64,000 bases of DNA. Source: a virus. The notes under the pieces were generated by a model. The model worked only from the letters and a program-made list of their open reading frames with translations, was not told where the DNA came from and searched no databases. Where the stretch lies: the IMG/VR virus record IMGVR_UViG_3300037493_005292, positions 34,877 through 98,876 of that record, one strand, 5' to 3'. Positions 56,297 to 64,000 of this stretch are shown in pieces. Within the stretch, counting starts at the first letter, position 1; the number at the start of each line of letters is the position of its first letter. The translations under genes were made by a program, and so were the position numbers.

Positions 56297-56716
56297 ATGA
56301 CCAACAACGAAATTCTCGGACTTGTAAAACAGGCGTACGCTTATGGCGCAGCGACTGCTCTGCAGGAATTTGGAGTATCTCCAAGTCAGGCTGAGCAGAC
56401 GGCCCTTAAGCTAGCCGCGGAGCATGAGGACGACGGCGGTCACCCGATTGCCGGCGCTTTGGGTGGCGCAGCTGCAGGCGGCGCGCTGAGTGTTGCCTCT
56501 AACTTCCTTCCTGGGCGCTGGGGTGTCGGTGGCCGGGCAGTGTCCCGCGCCCTAAAAGGAAAGAAACCGCGCAGTGCGGCCGGTCTTGGCGAGAGCATGA
56601 AAGACATTGGTCAGCGCGGTCACGCGATGAAAGGGTCACAAAGAGAAGGGCGCCTTCGTGCAGGAGCTGGCGCAGGTGTTGGAGCACTAGGCGGAGCCAT
56701 CGCGGGTAGCGATTGA
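56297..56716 (+). CDS. Hypothetical glycine-zipper protein, putative virion internal protein
   Basis: 'KQAYAYGAATALQEFG' and GxxxG repeats. Confidence 0.6.
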   Translation: MTNNEILGLVKQAYAYGAATALQEFGVSPSQAEQTALKLAAEHEDDGGHPIAGALGGAAAGGALSVASNFLPGRWGVGGRAVSRALKGKKPRSAAGLGESMKDIGQRGHAMKGSQREGRLRAGAGAGVGALGGAIAGSD

Positions 56717-56754
56717 GCTAGTCTCGCGTTGAACAAAGGAAAAAGGAGATAACA

Positions 56755-57681
56755 ATGGGTCTTTTCAAACGTGCACATGTCCGCGGGATCAACCACGGTC
56801 TCATGCGTATGGGCCTCATCAGCTACCCAAACGAGAAAATCGCCGAGGAAGCCGCTGACGCTGTCGCCGATGAGATGCCTGACGAGCAGATTCCGGAAGT
56901 CACCGACGAGACGGGTCTCTCTCACGAAGAGCTGCAGCTGATCATGCAGAAGCTCAATGAGATCGCGGAAGCTCTCGCCATCAAGACGGGCGGGGCTCGT
57001 GACCTCGAGCTCAACAAGCTCGCCGCGAGTTTCGACCTCGGTGCTGCTGCCTCGGCGCATGCGAATGCGCTGATGGAGAAGGCTGCTCTCGAAGCCGGTA
57101 CCAACAACCCGGGTCAGGGTTCTCCGAGCATGGAGACAGGCACTGTCGAAGCGAAGATCGACGCTGCGAATACGCCGTCGGCAGCGCTCGTGGTTCCGAA
57201 GGGTGACACGTCCCTCGACACCTCTCCGGGCGAAGTCGGCGCGCAGTCGATTCACACGAATCAGCCGGGCACCCAAGAGGGTGGTGGCAACGACGTGCTC
57301 AAGACGGGTGGCGTCAATGCGCTTCTCGCCAAGCTGTCGGCGGACGGCGTTCTTCCGGCCGGCGCCCCGCGTAAAGACCTGGACACCAACGCCGACATGG
57401 GCAAGAACATGATCGTTTCTCAGGGAACGACCAAGTCTTCTACCCCGGCGGAGCCCGTCCCACTCAAGCCCAACCCCGCGGCCAAGGGCGTGAAAGAGGA
57501 CAGCAAGCCCGGTACCGACATGCAGGACGACGTCAAGAAAGCGGCGGAAGTCCTGATGGCGACTGACCAGGGTCGCCAGATCATCGCCAAGCTGGCGCAG
57601 GACCAGGCACAGAAGAGAGCCGAGCTCGGTCTCGCTGAGCAGACCCTTCTGACCGCTCTTCAGCAAACCCGCGGTCGCTGA
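56755..57681 (+). CDS. Hypothetical acidic, probably abundant head/scaffold-like protein
   Basis: Strong AAGGAG SD, strong codon bias, several K-x-A sites. Confidence 0.65.
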   Translation: MGLFKRAHVRGINHGLMRMGLISYPNEKIAEEAADAVADEMPDEQIPEVTDETGLSHEELQLIMQKLNEIAEALAIKTGGARDLELNKLAASFDLGAAASAHANALMEKAALEAGTNNPGQGSPSMETGTVEAKIDAANTPSAALVVPKGDTSLDTSPGEVGAQSIHTNQPGTQEGGGNDVLKTGGVNALLAKLSADGVLPAGAPRKDLDTNADMGKNMIVSQGTTKSSTPAEPVPLKPNPAAKGVKEDSKPGTDMQDDVKKAAEVLMATDQGRQIIAKLAQDQAQKRAELGLAEQTLLTALQQTRGR

Positions 57682-57683
57682 CC

Positions 57684-57712
57684 TTCCACAACCCCCGTTT
57701 CTCCCATATAAT
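57684..57712 (+). promoter_or_regulatory. Sigma-70-like promoter
   Basis: TTCCAC, 17-nt spacer, TATAAT (57707-57712), in an intergenic gap. Confidence 0.45.
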
Positions 57713-57750
57713 TCCATTCGAACTCCGAACAGGAGAACGAAGGAGCCAAC

Positions 57751-60414
57751 ATGCCCCCGATGTCTATGTCCCCTGAAGTCAATGCTTATGGACAACTCCC
57801 CTCAGCTGAGCAAGCGGAGGAAGTGTTCAAGCAGCGGTTCTCAGAAATGGCGTATAACGTTTTGTTCGCGAAATTCGCGGACCTTGCTCCTCAAGTCGTT
57901 ACTTTCAAAATGCTCGATTCTGATGCCACGACGGGTAAAGCCGTTGGCGCCTTTATCCTGCTGTTCGAGAGTAAACCCATTTACATCCCTGTTATCATGG
58001 TAGACAGCTCGCTCAAGCCGATGGACCTGTTCTACTTTAAAGAGCTCAACATCTTCCTCCCCCTCTCTAAGGAGTGGCTCGAGGAAGTTTCGAAGATGTC
58101 TCTTAACTCACAGGGTGACCCAGCGGACATTCCCTCGCAGGTTCCGCAAGATGTGAATATCCGCGACCTCATTCTGCCGCCGGTTATGCCTTACGGCCGC
58201 GTAGGACTGGCGTCGGCGGACGACCTGACAAAAGAATCCACCGATTTCTACGTCAGGCACATGTTCAAAGAGGCGCAGCGGAACAACAGCTTGAAAGTTC
58301 CTCTGCGTTTTTTGGAGTTCGTCGAGAACGCGCCGACAAACGTCTTGGACGGTATCAAAATCGCGTTTGAGAGGCACCCCAATTTCCTCAAGAAGGCGGT
58401 AGCGGTATACGGTAAGACAGCTTTCGTTTCGGCGTTCCAGAACGGGTACGCGAAGAACGCGAGAACGGTAAAGACTGCCGCTGCTCCTGCTGGCAGTGTT
58501 TACGTCTTTACGGGAAGTTCCGATGTGAACCAACTGCGTAGTGTGTGCGGTACGCGCTCCAGTGCAGTGTATTCGGATCTCCTGAAAATTGGCGCGGCGG
58601 CTGTGGATACGCGGGATAAGACCAACAACACGGTTATCAAAACAGAAAACACCGTGCGTCTGCAGTCTCCGGGTCCTAAGGGTGGGTTTTTCAAGCTGTT
58701 CTTTTTGGACGCGCCTGCGGATACCTACTACGTTGCGCCGTTGCACAATCTTCGTGGTAGCTCCTGCAGTCATACTGGGTATTATGAGGGTAACTGGGCG
58801 AAGCCCTGCAGCCAGCAATATCTGGTTATCAGCAAAGACGGCAAGGTAGTGTGGAAAGATAAGGACATTGTCGGCAATCCCATTGACGACCGTACGGAGA
58901 TCGCAGGAACGCGTATTTTCAAGATGCTCGAGAACAACAGCGGTGGGGACACGCCCAAGACCAATGATTACGGATTCTTCCTGTACAACTCTCCGAAGGG
59001 TCCGCAGGTAACAGAGCCTCAGACCATTTCGAGCGTGTGGGAGTCGGACGGGCGTACCCGTATTCAAACGCGTTGGAGTGACCCCACGTACATCATCGAT
59101 GAGGCGAACACCCGGCAGAAGATCGATTACGCGAACGACGGCAAGTTCGTGTTTCTGCCAAAGGGCGCAATGTGGGTATCTCTCGCCACGGCGAAGGATG
59201 GGGAAAACCCCGAGTACTCGGAGGAGTATTCGAATCTGCACCGCACCTCGATTATCAAAGACACCCGCGTTTTGTCTCGTTGGTTGAACGACACGCTGAA
59301 GTCCACTGGGGCTACCGAAGTGGAAGTCAAACGTGCCAGTGCAACCGAGTGGTGGATTGGTAAAGAGGGTCGGGCGTACGGGTTGGCGGATGCGCTGAAG
59401 AAGGTGGCCCTCGAGCATGACCTTTCCGTCAAGGACGCGGCTGAAGTTCTGATTGACGCACACCTGAACGGGAAATGCCGTGCTCTCAAAGTGACGACGA
59501 AGACAGCCCGCGCGCTGTTGAAGCTCGCCGCTCCGGCAGGTAATGCGCAGCAAGACCCGTCGCAGATGCAGCAGCAGGGTGCGCAGCAACAGGAAGTTGC
59601 CCAGCCGCAGCCTGGTCAGGATCCGGCGATGATGGGCATGGCCCCGCCGCCTCCCCCGACGATTTCGCCGACTGACCTGGCGATTGCCGAGGCAGTTCAA
59701 ACGCTGCAACATGAGAACGAGCTCAAGATGCAGCAGATTCAGTCGCAGATTGACCAGCAGCAACAGCAGCTGCAGCAACAGCAAGAGCAGATGCAGTCGC
59801 AGATTGCGCAGCAGCAGCAGTCGCTTCAGCAGGAGTCCGACAATACCAACAAGCTCATCACGGTGTTGCAGCAGATTCAGCAGCGGTCGACCATGCTGTC
59901 ACAAGCGACTGGCGGTGTGATTCCGCAGGGCGCGGAGCAGTCGCCGATGGCTGCCGGGCAGATGTTGGCGCCAACGCCGCCTCCAGAAGAGGAGCAACCG
60001 CCGATGCCGGTTATGCCGCAAGAAGGTGGCATGAGTCCGGACATGATTGCGCAGCAGATAAACCCACAGCTTGCTGAGCAGGCTGGTGACTTGAATGACC
60101 AGGGAGTGTTCGACACATCTACTCTGTCTTCTCTTGCGGCAGCTCCAGTTCTTCAGGATCTGGTTGCTACGTACATTCCCAACCTGGAGAAGTCGGTAGA
60201 CAACCTGGGGCGTATTCTCCTCACGCTTTGGATGCGTGAAGCAGAAGTTAAAGGGACGCTTGGTGCGACCACTTACATCACGCTCGAGGACAAGCTTCGG
60301 AATGTCTTCAAGGGTATGGGTGATGTCGTGCTGCAGATTAACCGCAACGCCGCGGGAAATCAGTCGCAGGCGCAGCAGCAACAACAGCAGCAAATGGTGG
60401 GCGACCAGCAGTAA
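57751..60414 (+). CDS. Large hypothetical head-module protein with a Gln/Pro-rich C-terminal region
   Basis: 887 aa, AAGGAG SD, polyQ coiled-coil, K-x-A sites. Confidence 0.7.
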   Translation: MPPMSMSPEVNAYGQLPSAEQAEEVFKQRFSEMAYNVLFAKFADLAPQVVTFKMLDSDATTGKAVGAFILLFESKPIYIPVIMVDSSLKPMDLFYFKELNIFLPLSKEWLEEVSKMSLNSQGDPADIPSQVPQDVNIRDLILPPVMPYGRVGLASADDLTKESTDFYVRHMFKEAQRNNSLKVPLRFLEFVENAPTNVLDGIKIAFERHPNFLKKAVAVYGKTAFVSAFQNGYAKNARTVKTAAAPAGSVYVFTGSSDVNQLRSVCGTRSSAVYSDLLKIGAAAVDTRDKTNNTVIKTENTVRLQSPGPKGGFFKLFFLDAPADTYYVAPLHNLRGSSCSHTGYYEGNWAKPCSQQYLVISKDGKVVWKDKDIVGNPIDDRTEIAGTRIFKMLENNSGGDTPKTNDYGFFLYNSPKGPQVTEPQTISSVWESDGRTRIQTRWSDPTYIIDEANTRQKIDYANDGKFVFLPKGAMWVSLATAKDGENPEYSEEYSNLHRTSIIKDTRVLSRWLNDTLKSTGATEVEVKRASATEWWIGKEGRAYGLADALKKVALEHDLSVKDAAEVLIDAHLNGKCRALKVTTKTARALLKLAAPAGNAQQDPSQMQQQGAQQQEVAQPQPGQDPAMMGMAPPPPPTISPTDLAIAEAVQTLQHENELKMQQIQSQIDQQQQQLQQQQEQMQSQIAQQQQSLQQESDNTNKLITVLQQIQQRSTMLSQATGGVIPQGAEQSPMAAGQMLAPTPPPEEEQPPMPVMPQEGGMSPDMIAQQINPQLAEQAGDLNDQGVFDTSTLSSLAAAPVLQDLVATYIPNLEKSVDNLGRILLTLWMREAEVKGTLGATTYITLEDKLRNVFKGMGDVVLQINRNAAGNQSQAQQQQQQQMVGDQQ

Positions 60415-60416
60415 CC

Positions 60417-61121
60417 ATGTGGCAGCGCAGTGTACCAGATAGGAAGTGGGTGCAGTTGGTTCACGCTTGTAAAGCGCAAGCGGAACCTAACGACCCCCGG
60501 CTTGCGCGTATGTACCGCGTTATGATGGGTACTGAGCAAGACGAGACGATCGAAAACGCATTGGCCATGATCGAAACGGACTTCTACAAAAACGCTGTTA
60601 TGGCGTTCTTGTTTAGCCGTGCGACCTTATCCGAGATCATCAAGAGTCTGCAGATTTCTGCGGAAGTGATTGGTGTCATCGAGTACCTCTTGTTCAATAG
60701 CGATGAGATCCACAACAAGTTGGACCACATCTATTGGGCAAAGAAGTACATGGCGCAATTGGACAATGACGAAGACCGAAATCTGATACACAGCGCGCTA
60801 GTCGGCGGTCCTTGTGCTATCATGGACCGCTTTGCTCTCGGGGATGAAGACCCGGTATTGGATACGGGGCGAGCTGCAAAACGTATGTTGGTGACCGCGA
60901 TGAACCTGGGGCTTGTATGCCGCGGAAATTCGATCACCACAGAGGCATCAAAACAAGCGTTGAAGTGGTTCGATAGCGCGTCCAAAATGCTCATGACGTA
61001 CGACAAAATGGTCAATGACGATGACGCCGATACTGACGCTATCGTGGCCATTGAGCGTCGGAAACAGACGTACACTTTGAGTGAGATTGGTGTCGAGTCT
61101 ATAACCGACATTCTCCATTAG
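60417..61121 (+). CDS. Hypothetical protein
   Basis: 234-aa ORF within the operon. Confidence 0.65.
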   Translation: MWQRSVPDRKWVQLVHACKAQAEPNDPRLARMYRVMMGTEQDETIENALAMIETDFYKNAVMAFLFSRATLSEIIKSLQISAEVIGVIEYLLFNSDEIHNKLDHIYWAKKYMAQLDNDEDRNLIHSALVGGPCAIMDRFALGDEDPVLDTGRAAKRMLVTAMNLGLVCRGNSITTEASKQALKWFDSASKMLMTYDKMVNDDDADTDAIVAIERRKQTYTLSEIGVESITDILH

Positions 61122-61130
61122 GAGTTCACG

Positions 61131-62000
61131 ATGTGGAACCGAGAGGACTATGAACAGGCTGCTTCGAAAGTTGCTCAGGAATTTGCTGCGAGCAACGGGG
61201 AGCAGTCGATCAATCAGTTATCGACGAAACTCGCACGGGAGAACTGTTTGAATCCGGAAGGGATTCGGACACTCGTGCGCCTCTCGAATACCGCAGCGTT
61301 TCAGGAACTTTTTGCGAAGCGTGCCGGCGCGGAAGATCGCATGATCGAGTACGAGACTGGCGACCCTGAAATCGTTATTGCGAACCTGCATAACGAACAA
61401 GTAGACGCTGTTTCAAACACGTCATCGTTCAAGCTCGCGTCAACCTACGACCGGGCTCTCGATTACTTCGGGGATTTCAGCATGCAGAAGACTGCTGAAG
61501 AATGCTGTAACGACCCCTGCGATAAGGCGAGCAAAAAAGACAAAGAGGTTGAGCACTACACGGGCAAGGAAGAGGACGCTGAAGCTCCTGTGGCAGACAC
61601 AAAGCAGATGAACTTCCTGCGTGATAAAGTGCGCGGGAAACTCGACGAGGACAAGAAGGAAGCTTCTTTCCGTTGGGGTGCTGCAATTGAGAAGGCTGCT
61701 CAAGAGTACCGGGTGTCTTTTGCGGGGAAACCCAGCTTCAGTAAGGTGGGTTTTTTCCAAGATGCAGTTGCTGCGCTTGGTGCTGGGTACCTTCCGGAAC
61801 TCAAAGGGCTCAACCAGTTGGCCGGTGGGGCTAAAGACGAAGACATCTTGGGCGGGTTCAAGGCCGCGCATGTTGAGCAGTACGTGTTGCCGGTACTCGA
61901 CGCTCCAATACGTAAAGTTTATGACCACGTAAAAGAGGCATTCGAAGCGCGTCGTGAATACGAGAAGAACGAAAACGCGCTGAAGATGGTTGAAGCGTGA
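61131..62000 (+). CDS. Hypothetical putative head protein
   Basis: 289 aa, AGGAG SD, many K-x-A sites. Confidence 0.65.
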   Translation: MWNREDYEQAASKVAQEFAASNGEQSINQLSTKLARENCLNPEGIRTLVRLSNTAAFQELFAKRAGAEDRMIEYETGDPEIVIANLHNEQVDAVSNTSSFKLASTYDRALDYFGDFSMQKTAEECCNDPCDKASKKDKEVEHYTGKEEDAEAPVADTKQMNFLRDKVRGKLDEDKKEASFRWGAAIEKAAQEYRVSFAGKPSFSKVGFFQDAVAALGAGYLPELKGLNQLAGGAKDEDILGGFKAAHVEQYVLPVLDAPIRKVYDHVKEAFEARREYEKNENALKMVEA

Positions 62001-62674
62001 TGCCAGCAGGTATCGATAGAACTCTCGACAAGCTCGTCAGCTGGAACACGTTAAAAAACGTGGGAAAGCACGTGTCGTCGCATCCAGTCAAGTACACGAT
62101 TGGTGCCGGGGGTGTTCTAGCTGCTGCGGATGCGATGGGGCCGCAAGCGACTGAACTCGAATCGGAAATTATGCGGAATCGCCTCGGTACTCCAGGAGGA
62201 AAATACGTGTTTGCAGAACTTGAAGCAGTAGAGCAGCGTAAAGCCTTCGTCGAAGATTCCGCGAGTTTTTCGAAGAGTGCAGCTGGAAATTTGGGCATAG
62301 GGCCACTTCTTGAATCGATCCAGGGAGGCGTAGGACACGCGGTCGGTGCTGCAAGTACTGATTTGATACGCGGTATGCTGGGGTCTGCTATCTCGGGACT
62401 CTCCGATGTGGTATCCAGAAACCCGAAACGTCGAGCGATCCTGCTACAGATTCTTACGCGGGACCCAATCGTATCGATGTATGAGAAGCAAAATCCTGGA
62501 GCGGCGCTTAAAGCGTACGCGTCGATGGTAAATGTGGCGCCGACGCTCAGCATGGATCCCAACGTTGTTACATCCTTCTTGCGTGAAGCGGCGCAAACGG
62601 GTGGGTCAATCAACTACATGACGCTGAAACAGTTGGCGGAAGCGGAAAACGCCGTGCGCAACACAACGCGTTAG
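61997..62674 (+). CDS. Hypothetical protein
   Basis: 225 aa, overlapping the upstream stop. Confidence 0.65.
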   Translation: MMPAGIDRTLDKLVSWNTLKNVGKHVSSHPVKYTIGAGGVLAAADAMGPQATELESEIMRNRLGTPGGKYVFAELEAVEQRKAFVEDSASFSKSAAGNLGIGPLLESIQGGVGHAVGAASTDLIRGMLGSAISGLSDVVSRNPKRRAILLQILTRDPIVSMYEKQNPGAALKAYASMVNVAPTLSMDPNVVTSFLREAAQTGGSINYMTLKQLAEAENAVRNTTR

Positions 62675-62689
62675 TGAGGAGTATAACAA

Positions 62690-62905
62690 ATGCCCATGCA
62701 GACGCACGAAGTTCCTGAGTCTCTTAAGCAGCTGATTTCAAACCATCAGACGCATAAGATCGCGAAGGAACAACTGGGTATCCCAGGGACGTCCCTCGAA
62801 GAAGTTGCGCAGCACTTTGGAACCAAGATCGCTGAGCGCCAGGCGAAGTGGCGTCCGGTGTTTGAGGGTCTCAGAGCTTTGAAGGCGCTGCGCGCCGGAG
62901 GTTGA
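62690..62905 (+). CDS. Small hypothetical protein
   Basis: 71 aa, GAGGAG SD, two KIA motifs. Confidence 0.6.
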   Translation: MPMQTHEVPESLKQLISNHQTHKIAKEQLGIPGTSLEEVAQHFGTKIAERQAKWRPVFEGLRALKALRAGG

Positions 62906-62906
62906 C

Positions 62907-63287
62907 ATGTCCTCGATTGCTCAAGACTTGCGTGACATTCTTCAGCTTCATGGGCATTTAGAGTACGTGTCCATGAAAACGGCATCAGAGGAAGCAACGT
63001 ACATCGGACAGGTGCATGTTGCCAAAATCGCCAATGCTGTAACTGAGTACGTACAGCATGCTGGTGGAAATGACGTTGTTACGTTCATCTCCAAATTAGC
63101 GGAGGATTTGAGTCACCCGCTTGATGCCGTATCCAAGCTCAAAGTAGCGGCAGCTATGACGGTAGACCAAGTTTTGACCAAAGCTGCGCAGGATGTTGAG
63201 TTGTCGGCGCACGAGCGTGACGAGCTGTTGAGTACTCGCACGTACGGCCGTGAAGTGTTTGCTGAAATTCTCCGCGGAGTTCTCTGA
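62907..63287 (+). CDS. Hypothetical protein
   Basis: 126 aa, GGAGG SD; KTAS, KIAN, KLAE, KVAA, KAAQ. Confidence 0.65.
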   Translation: MSSIAQDLRDILQLHGHLEYVSMKTASEEATYIGQVHVAKIANAVTEYVQHAGGNDVVTFISKLAEDLSHPLDAVSKLKVAAAMTVDQVLTKAAQDVELSAHERDELLSTRTYGREVFAEILRGVL

Positions 63288-63294
63288 GGATTAA

Positions 63295-64000
63295 ATGATC
63301 CCAAAGATAATCCATCTCGACTCTCATTTTCCTACCGGCGAAGCCACTGTGCAGCCGGTGTTGCTCTGGGCCAATAACAAAGCGTGCTACGAGAGCATTA
63401 CGAAGCACGCCAGTGTTGGAACAGAGTTCTTTAAGACTATTCAGCCCGTTCCCGGTCACAGTTTTGTTTACGTTCTCGCAGTGAGTGACTGGGAGCATTA
63501 CGGCGAAAATAGAAATGGAGATGGATTTCCGAACGCGCCGGTTAAGCCTCTTGAGAATCCTCCGTGGATTAGCCAAGCTGAGACACTCTCTAATTGGCAT
63601 CACACGTTCGAGCAATTCGGTAACAGTTACCGGCATCATGTCAACAAAGATCCGGAGAAGCGTGTTGGTCGGGTAGTTAAGTCCTTTTGGAACAACGCGA
63701 TGCACCGTGTCGAGCTACTCATTGACCTCGAAAATGAGAAAGCTCCCGACTTGGCAGAGCGTATTCAAAACGGTGAGTTTCCTCCCGTATCTATGGGGAC
63801 TAAGGTAGCTTGGGATGTGTGTCTTTTGCCTGAAACGCTTGTACGAACTTCTACCGGACACAAGGCAATCAAGGACATCGAGATTGGCGAAACAGTACGC
63901 ACACACACCGGAGCACTGAAGCGAGTAACAGCCCACTATGTTCACGAGACAGACGAAGACCTTTACACCGTAACAGCGAGTGGCGTAGCTCACCCTATTA
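63295..64000 (+). CDS. Putative prohead (maturation) protease, truncated by the window end and absent from the ORF track
   Basis: Manual translation is open to the end: MIPKIIHLDSHF..'NRNGDGF'..'YRHHVNKD'..'VSMGTKVAWDV'. The His and Ser positions fit a herpes/HK97-type protease. GAGGA SD. Confidence 0.65.
   Translation, partial: MIPKIIHLDSHFPTGEATVQPVLLWANNKACYESITKHASVGTEFFKTIQPVPGHSFVYVLAVSDWEHYGENRNGDGFPNAPVKPLENPPWISQAETLSNWHHTFEQFGNSYRHHVNKDPEKRVGRVVKSFWNNAMHRVELLIDLENEKAPDLAERIQNGEFPPVSMGTKVAWDVCLLPETLVRTSTGHKAIKDIEIGETVRTHTGALKRVTAHYVHETDEDLYTVTASGVAHPI
63820..64000 (+). mobile_element. N-terminal part of an intein in the putative prohead protease
   Basis: 'CLLPETLVRTSTGHKAIKDIEIGETVRTHTG' is a canonical Hint block A. 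Confidence 0.85.

Noticed and set aside
56620-57795. 391-aa antisense ORF
   Set aside because: It is a shadow of the high-GC3 gene 56755-57681 and has no recognisable domain.
58108-59784. 558-aa antisense ORF
   Set aside because: It lies exactly opposite a strongly codon-biased gene, has no motifs, and its Leu runs mirror the polyQ. It is a shadow ORF.
1-64000. CRISPR array, tRNA or rRNA genes
   Set aside because: No regularly spaced repeats or tRNA-like sequences were seen, and intergenic gaps are nearly all too short.

Overview
The window is a gene-dense, roughly mid-GC segment of a large (jumbo-type) tailed dsDNA phage, most likely a myovirus. The + strand mainly carries virion and assembly genes: baseplate (gp25-like, J-like), tail fibre, terminase large subunit, portal, a cluster of putative head/internal proteins, and a prohead protease cut off by the window end. 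It also carries two sigma-70-like factors and a phage multisubunit RNA polymerase, split into a beta+beta'-N fusion and a separate beta'-C gene with a LigD-like Pol+PE gene between them. The - strand carries replication and nucleotide genes: class II RNR, RuvC, family A DNA polymerase with a UDG-like N-terminus, primase-helicase, two Cas4-like nucleases, ParB, SNF2 helicase, endolysin and a MoxR AAA/VWA pair. A retron-like reverse transcriptase sits in a tightly coupled four-gene operon on the same strand. Three inteins are visible (DNA polymerase, RNAP active site, prohead protease). The strongest find is the polymerase intein: its endonuclease slot is dual-coding, with a DUF559/Vsr-like nuclease overprinted in the +1 frame behind its own Shine-Dalgarno while the intein frame stays open. 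Other notable points are an RNAP intein ending in Tyr-Asp, the RT operon with no adjacent ncRNA, a pervasive K-x-A motif and a shared helix motif in putative head proteins, and a hidden antisense 15-aa peptide gene inside a structured intergenic region. All calls come from manual motif recognition; no database searches were run.
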